In this document: positions 26,351 to 35,898 of the stretch, piece after piece
How the letters are laid out: every line of letters starts with the position of its first letter
How positions within the stretch are numbered: position 1 is the first letter of the stretch
IMG/VR virus record: IMGVR_UViG_3300009161_000021
Source: a virus
Lineage: Duplodnaviria > Caudoviricetes
Reading direction: 5' to 3' (one strand)
Length of the DNA stretch: 64,000 nucleotides
Made by a program: the position numbers and the translations under genes
Notes under the pieces: generated by a model
Seen by the model: only the letters and a program-made list of their open reading frames with translations
Told to the model about the DNA's origin: nothing
Databases searched by the model: none

Positions 26351-26716
26351 TTAAGTATTTCGATCGTGTAATACTGACGCGAGCAACCTCAACGAGGCAA
26401 AAACTTCCGCCTCATGTCGCGGGTGATCACGTTCAATAATCTCGAAGTAGTTCCTGTCGCTGGATGACTTAAACCGCTGCTTGATCCAGCATCCCTCGGA
26501 GTCGATGCCCCACTCGACGTCCTCCCAGAGGAGAGCATCCTTCGCCGCCTCCGCAGCGTACTCGACTATCCGAAGCGGGTTCTGCGGGATCTCCAGGAAC
26601 ATATAATCTCGGGGACCGTGCTTCACCCACTTCGGATTTCGAAGCCGACGAATCTTGAGTCGATGCTCGGAAGGAATCTCCCCCAGAACATGGTAGAAAC
26701 GATCGTTGGTTATCAT
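26351..26716 (-). CDS. hypothetical protein
   Basis: 121-aa ORF filling the gap. Confidence 0.55.
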   Translation of the reverse strand: MITNDRFYHVLGEIPSEHRLKIRRLRNPKWVKHGPRDYMFLEIPQNPLRIVEYAAEAAKDALLWEDVEWGIDSEGCWIKQRFKSSSDRNYFEIIERDHPRHEAEVFASLRLLASVLHDRNT

Positions 26717-26719
26717 CTT

Positions 26720-26956
26720 CTAGGCCTTCTCAAGCGACTTGTCAAGAGCCTGCTTACGAGTCTTGATCTCTCGATCAATATACCATCGAGCCTTTTCAAG
26801 ATCCAAGATGTACTCGTCTGGGTCCTTTTTACCATTGCGACTGATGTACTTCACGGTGTTTCCCAGGTTGAAATTGAGATCCCACGCTTCGATAACGTCG
26901 ATCGCCTCGAAACCGGTGTCCTTACGATAGTGCGACGGATGGTCGACCTTGCTCAT
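26720..26956 (-). CDS. DUF3310 / T7 gp1.7-like nucleotide-kinase-family protein
   Basis: VDHPSHY...EAIDVI...GNTVKYISRNGKK...DLEKARWYI. Confidence 0.85.
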   Translation of the reverse strand: MSKVDHPSHYRKDTGFEAIDVIEAWDLNFNLGNTVKYISRNGKKDPDEYILDLEKARWYIDREIKTRKQALDKSLEKA

Positions 26957-27050
26957 TCGAACCACTCCTTCGTCGCGACAAGCGGGTCGCCCCCGGCGAC
27001 GAGGAATTGAGCCCAGAGCGCCCTCTCGTATGCCATCTTCTCGTTTGTCG

Positions 27051-27515
27051 TCATGCGTGCCCCACAAGCCACTCTGCGTACGATTTTAGATCACGATTTC
27101 GTGCCTTGTAGTAGGCCTGATAATCGATCTCGAGCCCCATCCGGCGGGAGAGCGTCTCTCCAAGTGCCCAAGCCTCCCATTCCTCGCCGAGGGTCTCGGC
27201 CCGGACGCAGAGCTTCTCCCGGCTCTTCTCGCGTCGGTTCTTGAACTCATCCGAGTTCGCGAAACGAACGATGTAATCGGGCGACTCGTAGAGCATGATG
27301 TGACCGATCTCATGGATGATACCGAAGATCTGGCTCTGGGGCGTCCGATTGGAGTTGATCACGATCTGACGATCGGTAAAATCGACGTGATCGTCCTGGG
27401 AGTAGCTCCAGTTGAGACTCCAGCGACGCTCGTCAAGCCACTTCTCAAGCTTTTTGAGCGCAGTCGGGAGGGGACCCTCACTGTACTGAGGGTCCCTGAA
27501 GATGAGTGGGCGCAT
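27051..27515 (-). CDS. HExxH metallopeptidase-like (ImmA/IrrE-like) protein
   Basis: IIHEIGH...EEWEAW. Confidence 0.6.
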   Translation of the reverse strand: MRPLIFRDPQYSEGPLPTALKKLEKWLDERRWSLNWSYSQDDHVDFTDRQIVINSNRTPQSQIFGIIHEIGHIMLYESPDYIVRFANSDEFKNRREKSREKLCVRAETLGEEWEAWALGETLSRRMGLEIDYQAYYKARNRDLKSYAEWLVGHA

Positions 27516-27516
27516 G

Positions 27517-27720
27517 TTACTCCCGCATGAGATCGTTAGTGGCAGCCGTGAACGTCTCCTGACCGTCGATGGGCTTGTCCAGCCTCACGACAGCAAAAAA
27601 CTTCTTCGCTGAGGTTCCACCCTCGAAATGCTCCGTTCCAGCCTGCTCGAGGAGCTGGACTACAGTCCCCAAAAGACGCATATTGTAGACGTGATTGACT
27701 CTATCACCTGGCTTGATCAT
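27517..27720 (-). CDS. MKPGD-like SH3/KOW protein
   Basis: MIKPGDRV...LGTVV; AGGAG RBS. Confidence 0.65.
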   Translation of the reverse strand: MIKPGDRVNHVYNMRLLGTVVQLLEQAGTEHFEGGTSAKKFFAVVRLDKPIDGQETFTAATNDLMRE

Positions 27721-27735
27721 TGTTGCTCCTGGTTG

Positions 27736-27981
27736 TTAAGCAGATATCCTCTGCGTTGTTTGTATTATAGCGTCCGCCGCCACCAGATTACCAACGACAA
27801 AATCATTTTCCATTAATTCGTCGATCGTGATAGAAGTTGGGAGGGGCACGGACTGCAGCTTCAGAATGTAATTGTTGAGGGTTAACGTGTAATAGAGGTT
27901 GTTGGCTAACGTCTCGACGTTTGCCCTTGCCTTCTCGAACGGTCCCTTCTGTTGTTGCTTTGATGATAAGCTCAGTGTCAT
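27736..27981 (-). CDS. hypothetical protein
   Basis: CTATTTA late-like motif upstream. Confidence 0.45.
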   Translation of the reverse strand: MTLSLSSKQQQKGPFEKARANVETLANNLYYTLTLNNYILKLQSVPLPTSITIDELMENDFVVGNLVAADAIIQTTQRISA

Positions 27982-28008
27982 GCTGGCCTCCCAAAGCTAA
28001 ATAGGACG

Positions 28009-28551
28009 TCAGGAATCCTCCCAGTAGACAACGTCACCGCGTTTGTAATGTTTGAGATTTTCCTTCGCAGCTTCCTCCACGAAGTGAGAATCGTGGAGTG
28101 TGAAGTAGTTGTTGGGCAGAAGCGCGAACTGACCTGACTCAAGATTCACCAAGCTCAGGGGCTTGTGCTCCTGTGGGTATCGGGAGAATCCATCGCTCCA
28201 ATCGATCACGATCCCAGTGTGACGACCCTTCTCCTTGATCGGTTTTAGTGTGGAGACAACAAGGCCCTCTAGGTATCGAGCGTGCCAGACGTCAAGGTTC
28301 TCACCCATTCCACCCCACGGGACCAGGGCGTGCTCGTCATGCTCGAAGCTCGACGTCGAAATTGCATGGAGTGGTAGACCGCTCCAGTGCGCACCACTTT
28401 CAAGAAGTACGTGAGCGGAAGGTATCTGACCAGGTCTGCAGTGGATGCCGTGCCAGATAGCGGGCGTGTGACCTGCGGGCATTCCGCTCCCCAGGAAGTC
28501 ATTCCTGACATTCACGTAAAAATGATATGGTAGGCTAGCGTGTCTGCTCAT
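28009..28551 (-). CDS. conserved phage hypothetical protein
   Basis: 180-aa ORF with LLESGAHW, ALLPNN. Confidence 0.65.
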   Translation of the reverse strand: MSRHASLPYHFYVNVRNDFLGSGMPAGHTPAIWHGIHCRPGQIPSAHVLLESGAHWSGLPLHAISTSSFEHDEHALVPWGGMGENLDVWHARYLEGLVVSTLKPIKEKGRHTGIVIDWSDGFSRYPQEHKPLSLVNLESGQFALLPNNYFTLHDSHFVEEAAKENLKHYKRGDVVYWEDS

Positions 28552-28611
28552 TTTTTTCCATGATCTATTAGATTGTAAGAGCTTTAATTCGACTTTTCAT
28601 TGATATTTACG

Positions 28612-29187
28612 ATGAGGCTTATCATGGACGAAAGATCGCAGCAGAAGAACAATCCTGGGTATTACCGCGGGCTCGGTGGTAAGACGCGCTCCGCCCGTGA
28701 GAAGCACTTCAAGAGACAGAGCAAGATGCACTGGGGTGACCCGGACGCTTATGAGCCCGCTCCGGGCGATGAGAAGCCGACGAAGACGTCGAAGTGGACC
28801 AAGATTGCAAACAAGCGTTTTCCCAAGAAGGACGAAGGAGAATCGATGGAACTGGATGAATCTGCTATTCGTGAGATAATCAGGGAAGCCATCGAGCTTC
28901 TTGAGACCGACGAGCTTGAAGAGCTTGAAGAGCTCGATGAGGCAAAGTCGAATGCCAGCCAGGCCCTCAAGAACAAGGCGAAGTCAGCCAATGCTCCTCT
29001 CGGAGCGCTCCGAGCGATCTACAACAAGGGCCTTGCAGCCTGGAGAACCGGACATCGTCCCGGAGCTGGTCAGCACCAGTGGGCGATGGCCCGCGTGAAC
29101 TCGGTCCTCGCCGGTGGCCCAGCGAGGAAGGTCGACGCCGCACAGTGGAAGAGGATTCAGCAGCACAGGAAGAAGAAGCGGGGCTGA
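28612..29187 (+). CDS. conserved phage protein (DUF5824-like C-domain) with internal IREIIRE motif
   Basis: AAWRTGHRPG...QWAMARVNS; ATATTTA immediately upstream; family name recalled, not searched. Confidence 0.6.
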   Translation: MRLIMDERSQQKNNPGYYRGLGGKTRSAREKHFKRQSKMHWGDPDAYEPAPGDEKPTKTSKWTKIANKRFPKKDEGESMELDESAIREIIREAIELLETDELEELEELDEAKSNASQALKNKAKSANAPLGALRAIYNKGLAAWRTGHRPGAGQHQWAMARVNSVLAGGPARKVDAAQWKRIQQHRKKKRG

Positions 29188-29188
29188 G

Positions 29189-30205
29189 TCAGGCGACCTT
29201 GCGCTTCTCAGCCCGGGCAGCAGCCTTCTTCTCCTTGTCCTTCCGGGCGATCTCGTTGAGCTTCTCGTCGGTCGTCCCACGCTGCTCATCGTAGAAAGCT
29301 GACATGTTCCGGCCAGTGACGAGCTGGATGACCGCGAGCTCCTTCGCCTTTGCCTCGACGACGCAGTCGATCTCGAGACCGTGAGGATCGACGGGGCCGT
29401 CGACGAAGTTGGAGTGGGCGGTGGCGGAGACGTCGCGACCTTCACGGTCCTTGGCTGACTCGGAGTAGTGAGTGCAGGGGCGGATACCAATCGGCCAGGT
29501 GCTGGCTGCCAGATGGAGGGCATCGCGTTCGGAGAGGCCGCCATCGCAGAACTTGTGGTGATGGTAATCGAAGACGATTGGGACGCCGGTACGCTCGTGA
29601 ACCTTGTGAAGATCGACGACGCTGTAGCAGTTCGCCTTGTCATCATTCTCGACGGTGAGCCGCCGCTTGACGTTCTCGGGTACACGCTCGAAGTTGCGGC
29701 ACCAGCGATCCATCGACTCGTCCTTCTGGCCGAAGGCGCCGCCGAGGTGGATGTTGATCTTCGCCTCAGGGGTGTTGGGTAGGCCGATGGCGTCCATGAT
29801 CTCGCCGTGGATACGGAGGTCGCGGATGCAGTTGGCGACGACGTGCTCACGGGGAGAGGTCAGGCAGTTGAACTGACCGGGGTGGAACGAGAGACGTTGA
29901 CCACCTGCCGCGGCGAGCTTGCCAGCCTGCTCGAGGCCAGCCCGGATGGCGGGCCAATCGGGTAGCTGCTCGAACTCGTATTCCGAGGCCCACGGGGCCA
30001 GGTCGGAGGTCATCCGATACACTTGAATCCCGTTGGTGTTGTTCCATTGGATGATACCGCAGAGTGTCTCCACATTCTCCAGGGTGAGGCGGGATGCATG
30101 CTGCACGCCCTTCTCGGCGAAAGTGCGCTTGATCATCGAGCGGAAGCCACCGCGTTTGGGACCAAGGGTCATGTTGAGACAGGCGTAGCCGAAACGAGTT
30201 GCCAT
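29189..30205 (-). CDS. uvsE: UV-damage endonuclease
   Basis: FGYAC, YRMTSDL, RLSFHPGQF, INIHLGG, TVENDD, FDYHHH, HYSE, EAKAKE. Confidence 0.95.
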   Translation of the reverse strand: MATRFGYACLNMTLGPKRGGFRSMIKRTFAEKGVQHASRLTLENVETLCGIIQWNNTNGIQVYRMTSDLAPWASEYEFEQLPDWPAIRAGLEQAGKLAAAGGQRLSFHPGQFNCLTSPREHVVANCIRDLRIHGEIMDAIGLPNTPEAKINIHLGGAFGQKDESMDRWCRNFERVPENVKRRLTVENDDKANCYSVVDLHKVHERTGVPIVFDYHHHKFCDGGLSERDALHLAASTWPIGIRPCTHYSESAKDREGRDVSATAHSNFVDGPVDPHGLEIDCVVEAKAKELAVIQLVTGRNMSAFYDEQRGTTDEKLNEIARKDKEKKAAARAEKRKVA

Positions 30206-30222
30206 TGATAACCTCCAATCCT

Positions 30223-30251
30223 ATAGTACCACAGGACGGAGGCTATTGCAC
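30223..30251 (-). promoter_or_regulatory. sigma70-type early promoter
   Basis: GTGCAA-17nt-TACTAT with TGG; GGAGG RBS follows. Confidence 0.75.
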
Positions 30252-30265
30252 GGGTTCAGGATCGA

Positions 30266-30640
30266 CTAGCGGTCCTCAGCCATATCACGCTCGTGCTCAC
30301 CGCGGTCCGCCTCATTTTCCATGAGGTATGAACGAAGCCACATGTGCATCGAGTCCTTCAACTCCTCGCAGAGATCATCGATCAGGCCCTCAGCCTCTGA
30401 CATCGAGTCCTCGTGATCGTAGCCACCGACAAAAAGGTCCTCGATGTTCGTCATGTACTTCTCGACGAGTCCCACGGGGTCCATCGTGTTCGAAGAATGG
30501 AAGCTCGAGAACTCGTCCTCCATCTCGGGAGGAGGCTTTCCGTAGACGGCCTCAACCTCCTCAGGAAATGCTCCCTCACGAAGGACCCTCTTTGCTTCTT
30601 CGCTGATGATTCTGCGGATCTTTGACTCAGACAAACTCAT
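30266..30640 (-). CDS. acidic protein with N-terminal SESKIRRIISEE motif
   Basis: Motif family member. Confidence 0.7.
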   Translation of the reverse strand: MSLSESKIRRIISEEAKRVLREGAFPEEVEAVYGKPPPEMEDEFSSFHSSNTMDPVGLVEKYMTNIEDLFVGGYDHEDSMSEAEGLIDDLCEELKDSMHMWLRSYLMENEADRGEHERDMAEDR

Positions 30641-30660
30641 AATTTTCTCCGTTCTCTAAA

Positions 30661-31371
30661 TTAGGTAGGTTTTGCAGCGGCGCCCATGCTGGTGCCGAAA
30701 TCCTCGACAGCCTTTCCGGCGCCCTGGACTAGATTCGTAAGGGTGGTTCCGATGTCACCAGCTGACTTCGCGGATCCTATTCCCGGAAGAAGGCTGCTAA
30801 GGTTGATCTTGCAGACAGTGTCGGTTATCGCCTTCACGATCGGGCCGCCCTCGATAAATTGTGACTTTAGGGCTTCTACGATCGTCTTCCCGAGGAGGGT
30901 CGAGGGTTCGAGCCCGTTCGGAGACGTGATGAATTCCTCGAAAAGTGATTCCTGGATTGCGCCTGCGAGACGGGAGGCGACCGTCTTGCACTTGTCTCCG
31001 CCACCGAAGAGTCCGATGAGCTCAGTGGCAGTGATGTTCTCGACAAAGTTTGCTATGACCCGACCGAGAAACGATCCAGGCTGGAGTCCCATCATCCCGA
31101 CGAGCTTCTCGCCGAGCATACCCTTGAGACCCTGGGAAAGGCTCGAGTCTCCGATTGTCGTCAGGAACCCACCGAGAGCATCCATCAACCCCTCATCAAT
31201 ACGACCGCTTTCGAGCTGCAGAAGAACACGCCCGACGTACCTGTCACACTGCTGTGTGGTGTATCCTCGTGCTTCCATCAGCGCCACTTTATTTCCGAGG
31301 TGATGCCACATGAGTCGAGCTTTGTGCTCACGAGACTCGGAGATTCTTGTTTTAATCGTGTACGTACGCAT
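30661..31371 (-). CDS. putative virion protein
   Basis: ATG 31371; ISE, LME, IDE motifs then hydrophobic Gly-rich helices; ATATTTA upstream. Confidence 0.6.
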   Translation of the reverse strand: MRTYTIKTRISESREHKARLMWHHLGNKVALMEARGYTTQQCDRYVGRVLLQLESGRIDEGLMDALGGFLTTIGDSSLSQGLKGMLGEKLVGMMGLQPGSFLGRVIANFVENITATELIGLFGGGDKCKTVASRLAGAIQESLFEEFITSPNGLEPSTLLGKTIVEALKSQFIEGGPIVKAITDTVCKINLSSLLPGIGSAKSAGDIGTTLTNLVQGAGKAVEDFGTSMGAAAKPT

Positions 31372-31394
31372 GTTCCTCTCGCTCTCTAAATATA

Positions 31395-31661
31395 TCAAGA
31401 TTCCGATATCAGAATCTTAAGATTCTCCGTGCCTTTTAACACTCTGTGCCAGCTTTCTTTTGGAATCGAATACTCTTCTCCGACCTTCATCTCGAATGGA
31501 AGACCGCTCTCGAGCTGTAGTTTCCAGCCAGAACCCTCGATGACCTTGATTCGTCGATCTCGACGGTCCATGTGCCATTCAAGCTCCTCACTTGAGATGC
31601 TCTTCGAAAACTCTCTGAGAATTAGATCCTCTGAAATCTTTGACTGCGTGTATGGTTGCAT
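31395..31661 (-). CDS. small cupin-like conserved phage protein
   Basis: REF...EELEWHMDRRDR...IPKESWHRVLKG. Confidence 0.65.
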   Translation of the reverse strand: MQPYTQSKISEDLILREFSKSISSEELEWHMDRRDRRIKVIEGSGWKLQLESGLPFEMKVGEEYSIPKESWHRVLKGTENLKILISES

Positions 31662-31662
31662 T

Positions 31663-33012
31663 CTACCACCAGCCGGGAACGTTCCTTCCGAAAAGTTTCG
31701 TCGCTCGACACGCCCAGTAGCCAGCTTTCGTCTTGTCCTTCTTGTCGGAGCAGCCGTGACGCTCGCCGAAGCTCTTTCGACGAGCCTTCGCCTTCGGCCC
31801 GGATCCCATCGCATCGGGCATGCTCGATCCGAACGACACCTTCCTGATGTTTCCGGACTTCGGGTCACGAACGAACACGTGAGCACGGCCGCCTGACTTC
31901 GAGGCACCAGCCTTTCCAAGCTTCACCGTCCGTCCCTTGTACTTTGCCTCATTCATGCCGCCGACGTTGGGAAGACCAACCATTATTTTTACGTGATCTT
32001 CCCCACCGATGTTCCTTCTGTACCACCCGTAGGTTCCCGGGAACTTGCCGTCAGGATGCTCACCGAACCACTCTATTTCCTTTCCGTCCAGCACTTGTCT
32101 GACGACCTTCTCGTCAGAGACGGTCTTCGCTCCACGGCCCAGGGCAACTTTTGCCATCGCGTCACTCACCTCGGCGTAGTATCCTGGAGTGGTGAGCTCT
32201 TCACCAACCCGAGCTTTCAATGCTGACTTAGCGAGCCCGGTGCCATCCGTCGCGGATGCGACATTCTTCAGACCGAAATTGGTCCTCTTTCTCATGCTGG
32301 CAGCGTCGACCTCGCGGTCATCATCAAGATCGATAAGAGCGAAAATCGATGTGTCTGATGCTTTCACGGCTGCGACAGACTTGTAGTTCGCGTGACCGCC
32401 GATGTAAGCGTATGATTGATCGATGATGCTGAAGATCTCGTCGTAAATCTCCGGATTCTCGATGAGATCATCGTGGGAGAGCTCGATCCATCTTCCATGC
32501 TGGTCTCCGTAGTGATCGGCGAACGATTCTCTCAAGCCCTCATCCCACATCGGGAAGTCGAGTGGGACCATCCGACCCTCGTGCATCGCCCACCTTCCCA
32601 GATCGCTCTCGAAAATCTCGTACTCTTCCTCGGTCGCAGCGTACCTTCCCTCTAGCCAGAGATGACGAGCTTCATTGACAAGTCGAAAGAACTCCTTCGT
32701 TCCTGGACGGTAAACGTTCTCGCTAAGCGGAATCCTGTTCTTCAGGTGGTAGTTTAACCCTTCCGAGAGAGTCTTCGCTTTCTTGTAAGCGGGAGTATTA
32801 TTGTAAACGTCACGGGTTCCAAGCTTCTTCGGATTGTTGGGATTGCCCTCAACGTCCAGGTCGAGCGTCGCCCCACCGTAAATCTTGCTTTCCGTGTCAT
32901 GACCGGGTAGGATCTTGTCCGTTACCTGTGGGGGACGAACGGAACCGGGACCCTTCTCGATGAGCCTGCTGATTTCTTCTCTGACAAGTATTTTAAGAGC
33001 TCTTGAGTTCAT
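31663..33012 (-). CDS. multi-module putative head-associated protein
   Basis: Modules separated by LIE/LSE/LRE/MNE; C-terminal RRKSFGERHGC...AGYWAC domain typical of large myovirus proteins. Confidence 0.65.
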   Translation of the reverse strand: MNSRALKILVREEISRLIEKGPGSVRPPQVTDKILPGHDTESKIYGGATLDLDVEGNPNNPKKLGTRDVYNNTPAYKKAKTLSEGLNYHLKNRIPLSENVYRPGTKEFFRLVNEARHLWLEGRYAATEEEYEIFESDLGRWAMHEGRMVPLDFPMWDEGLRESFADHYGDQHGRWIELSHDDLIENPEIYDEIFSIIDQSYAYIGGHANYKSVAAVKASDTSIFALIDLDDDREVDAASMRKRTNFGLKNVASATDGTGLAKSALKARVGEELTTPGYYAEVSDAMAKVALGRGAKTVSDEKVVRQVLDGKEIEWFGEHPDGKFPGTYGWYRRNIGGEDHVKIMVGLPNVGGMNEAKYKGRTVKLGKAGASKSGGRAHVFVRDPKSGNIRKVSFGSSMPDAMGSGPKAKARRKSFGERHGCSDKKDKTKAGYWACRATKLFGRNVPGWW

Positions 33013-33013
33013 G

Positions 33014-33690
33014 TTACCTGTGCTTCTTGTAAATGTCGAAGTTCTTCAACTTCTTACCTTTCATCGGTCTACCGAGATAATCCTCATCGTTGCTCAAAGA
33101 GACGCCAGTGAAAGATTTTCCCTCGTCCTCCGGATGTCCGAGAAGTGTGTCGCTTTTCGTGTCCTGGGGCGGACGAACAGTTCCAGGACCCTTGGCCTCA
33201 CCTATCTCTTTTTTTTTACGGCGCGTGACTTCTTCTTGGGAATGTCATACCACTCCGACTCGTTGGTCTTCTTCATGTTGCGGCGCTTCTTCATGTACCA
33301 CGGCTTCTTTGCCTCGTTCATGTCACCACGTGCCGTCTCTGCATTGAGGTAATCGTAAATTACGTCTATCATCTCGGAGGCAACAGCGATCTTCTCCTGA
33401 ACCCATTCAGGGAGATCATCGCCGTCCTCAAGGGCGTCGTGAAGCTCTTGAGCCTGCTGAGCCATGTTGTAGAGGTTTCCCTTTATCATCGAGGATTCCT
33501 CATACTCGTCAGAGTCCTCGAAGGTCATGTGACCTTCCTCATCCTCATAGGGAGCTGCGCCGTCCATGTGACCGTATCCGAGAATGTCGAGCATCGGCAT
33601 CGCTGCCGCAAGAGCATTGGGAAGCTGTCCCTCACGAGCCATGCAGCCGCACTCTTGCAGGATCATATTACGAAGTGCTTTCTTGTCCAT
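33014..33690 (-). CDS. hypothetical protein with candidate -1 frameshift extension (short form 33202-33690)
   Basis: A9 run at 33209-33217 (A_AAA_AAG); the -1 frame is open to 33014 and reads EAKGPGTVRPPQ, paralogous to EKGPGSVRPPQ in the next gene. Confidence 0.6.
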
Positions 33691-33959
33691 TATTTCTTTC
33701 CCTTCTTGATCTTAACTTCAACGGCGGGTGTCTTCGGTACCATACGCGCAGTTTCTGAGATTCTTGCAATTTCAATCGCAGCCATCCTGACGACGGTCTC
33801 TGCCTGCTCGAGTGTTAGTCCTGAGCTCAGTAAGTCGACAACGCTCATGTCGGCGATCTCCTTCAGCTCCTGCTCACCAGCGCGTCCACCGTGCTGAAGT
33901 GAACTTATCGCAAGTCGCGTTGGATCTTTTATGCTAATACTATGTGCCTTCGGATTCAT
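33690..33959 (-). CDS. hypothetical protein
   Basis: TAATG coupling to downstream gene. Confidence 0.55.
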   Translation of the reverse strand: MNPKAHSISIKDPTRLAISSLQHGGRAGEQELKEIADMSVVDLLSSGLTLEQAETVVRMAAIEIARISETARMVPKTPAVEVKIKKGKK

Positions 33960-34024
33960 AACTCTCCTCGCCTGCTATAGATATGATGCAGGTGGTGAGT
34001 TTAATGAGACAGGCCGCAGTTAAA

Positions 34025-34480
34025 ATGACGATTCTCGAGTACATCAGCTTCCTGCGTATGATGGAGCTATGGTTCCACGGTGCCCATCATCTCACCCGCG
34101 GAGACAGCTTCTCCGGGGATCATGTGAACCTCTACGGTAAGATCTACGGGGCGATCGGTGACCAGGTTGATCCGGCTGTCGAGAAGGGCATCGGTCTCTT
34201 TGGGGATGAGTGCGGTGATCCGATGATGATCACCGCGCAGGCGACGATGATCATGTCCGAGTACCCGAGTCCACGTGAGCTCCCGCCGGCTGGCATCGCG
34301 GCGATCGGGTTTCAGATCGAGAAGGATTTCCTGAAGTTCTCACAAAGCATCTACGAGTCGCTCAAGCAGAGCGGCGCGATGACCCTGGGGCTTGACGATA
34401 TGATCATGGCGAATGCAAACGCTCATGAGGGTCATGTCTACCTGCTCCAGCAGAGGATCAAGCGCTCACTCGACAGGTAA
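34025..34480 (+). CDS. Dps/ferritin-like protein
   Basis: WFHGAHHLTRGDSFSGDH..LY..IY...D..VEK, four-helix-bundle pattern. Confidence 0.6.
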   Translation: MTILEYISFLRMMELWFHGAHHLTRGDSFSGDHVNLYGKIYGAIGDQVDPAVEKGIGLFGDECGDPMMITAQATMIMSEYPSPRELPPAGIAAIGFQIEKDFLKFSQSIYESLKQSGAMTLGLDDMIMANANAHEGHVYLLQQRIKRSLDR

Positions 34481-34765
34481 GCAGCAGACTCTCAGCTCTT
34501 GGAAAAGCTCCGGTGACTCGATCAACCGGAGCTTTTTTTGCCTTGAGAGCCGCTTTACCTTTCTCTCCGTCCTCAGGGAGCATGAGAGGCAACACACAAG
34601 CCATGATGCTAGAAAACGGACGGGCCGCCGGGAGCGTGTGTATTTTGCTCCTCGGCGGCCGCCGTTATGCTCTTCCACCCTTCTCCCGACGTCCGTCGAG
34701 ATACCACAGTAGAGTGTGCCATCAGCGCACTCCACAAGGTAGAGGTGGTAGGATCTACTCGTCAA
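34466..34765 (-). CDS. GIY-YIG nuclease (YhbQ/UPF0213-like)
   Basis: LYLVECADGTLYCGISTDVGRRVEEHN..GAKYTRSRRPV. Confidence 0.9.
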   Translation of the reverse strand: MTSRSYHLYLVECADGTLYCGISTDVGRRVEEHNGGRRGAKYTRSRRPVRFLASWLVCCLSCSLRTERKVKRLSRQKKLRLIESPELFQELRVCCLPVE

Positions 34766-34982
34766 TGTACTCGAGCATCTGATCAGCCTCGTGGCTCGAG
34801 TCGCCCAGGCGAGCCCGAATCTTCGCGATGCGGAGCGCAGCCTTGAGAGCCTTCACATCGACCCCGTGACCCTCCTCATACTCGGAGAGGATCTCCTTCT
34901 GGGTCTCACGAAGGAGTCCCATCTCGTTCTCGATCGAGGTGAGCTTGTCAACCAGTTCCTTAACAACTTCCTTGGTAGCCAT
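34755..34982 (-). CDS. GapR/DUF2312-like DNA-binding protein
   Basis: LVDKLTSIENE...KEILSE...GVDVKALKAALR. Confidence 0.6.
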   Translation of the reverse strand: MATKEVVKELVDKLTSIENEMGLLRETQKEILSEYEEGHGVDVKALKAALRIAKIRARLGDSSHEADQMLEYIDE

Positions 34983-35014
34983 CTTGAATCTCCTTTACTT
35001 TGATATTAATGATC

Positions 35015-35230
35015 TCAGTCTCTTTTTTCAAGCTCATCATCCCAGGCATGAAGAACTTGGTCGTTTACCAACACTTCAAAATACTCGTGATCGTTCGGAT
35101 CCTTGCCCACGCTCTTGATGATCAATGCCAGGTTACCGTCGCAGCTATTAGGCGCGTGCTTCGTGGACACAAAGCGCGGACTGCGTGAGAGATTGAGACG
35201 GACCAGAGATCCTGGTATGAGAGCTGACAT
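35015..35230 (-). CDS. SH3-like hypothetical protein
   Basis: LIPGSLVRL...LALII. Confidence 0.55.
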   Translation of the reverse strand: MSALIPGSLVRLNLSRSPRFVSTKHAPNSCDGNLALIIKSVGKDPNDHEYFEVLVNDQVLHAWDDELEKRD

Positions 35231-35439
35231 TAGGCTAAATCCTCGCCCTCGGGCTCCTCGTAATCGAGTTCCTCGATCTCAGTTCCGCATGACTTGCAGG
35301 TGTGCATCGTTACTTTCGTGTTTGACTTCAGAACGGTCGAGATGTCGTCGATGATATTTGAGAATTCGTCGAACTCATCAAACTGAAACTTTAGAAGAAC
35401 GTTTCCCGTTGGTAGACACACCAGACCCGTCTCCTTCAT
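35230..35439 (-). CDS. hypothetical protein with CxxC
   Basis: Start uncertain (35439 or 35499). Confidence 0.5.
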   Translation of the reverse strand: MKETGLVCLPTGNVLLKFQFDEFDEFSNIIDDISTVLKSNTKVTMHTCKSCGTEIEELDYEEPEGEDLA

Positions 35440-35665
35440 CAGCCAGGCTCCGTGCGGCAGACGGATCGATCCCTTCGGGGGTGACGGTAACTGATTCATT
35501 CTTCATCTCCGTTGGGAACATAATCGAGATCTGCTCGTCACTCGGCGGCTCAACTTCCAATTCTGACAGAAGACCCAGAAATTGCTCTCTGCTGACGACT
35601 CCCTTTGAAAGGAGCCACATTTGCTCATCAATTCGACGACGGAGCTTGTATTCATTCCAATTCAT
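35378..35665 (-). CDS. hypothetical protein
   Basis: ATGA coupling upstream. Confidence 0.55.
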   Translation of the reverse strand: MNWNEYKLRRRIDEQMWLLSKGVVSREQFLGLLSELEVEPPSDEQISIMFPTEMKNESVTVTPEGIDPSAARSLADEGDGSGVSTNGKRSSKVSV

Positions 35666-35898
35666 TCTTCAATTATCCTCATTTCTTTTCGAATGTTTTG
35701 GTCGAGAACTCTAAAAATGAGCCTCGCCCCCTCTTCGCTTATGCTGCTTCTGAGGTGCGAAATCAGAAGTCTCTCCAGCGAACCGATGTCGCTCGTTGTT
35801 TGGCTCTCCAGAAATTTAGCAGCTTTCTCGTAAACTCTTTCGAGTCGGGCTTCATCCCAATCGAGAATCTCCAGCAGTCTGGTTTCGGTGTCTATCAC
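35662..35898 (-). CDS. hypothetical protein
   Basis: GTGA coupling; ATATTTA at 35911-35917. Confidence 0.55.
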   Translation of the reverse strand: MIDTETRLLEILDWDEARLERVYEKAAKFLESQTTSDIGSLERLLISHLRSSISEEGARLIFRVLDQNIRKEMRIIEE

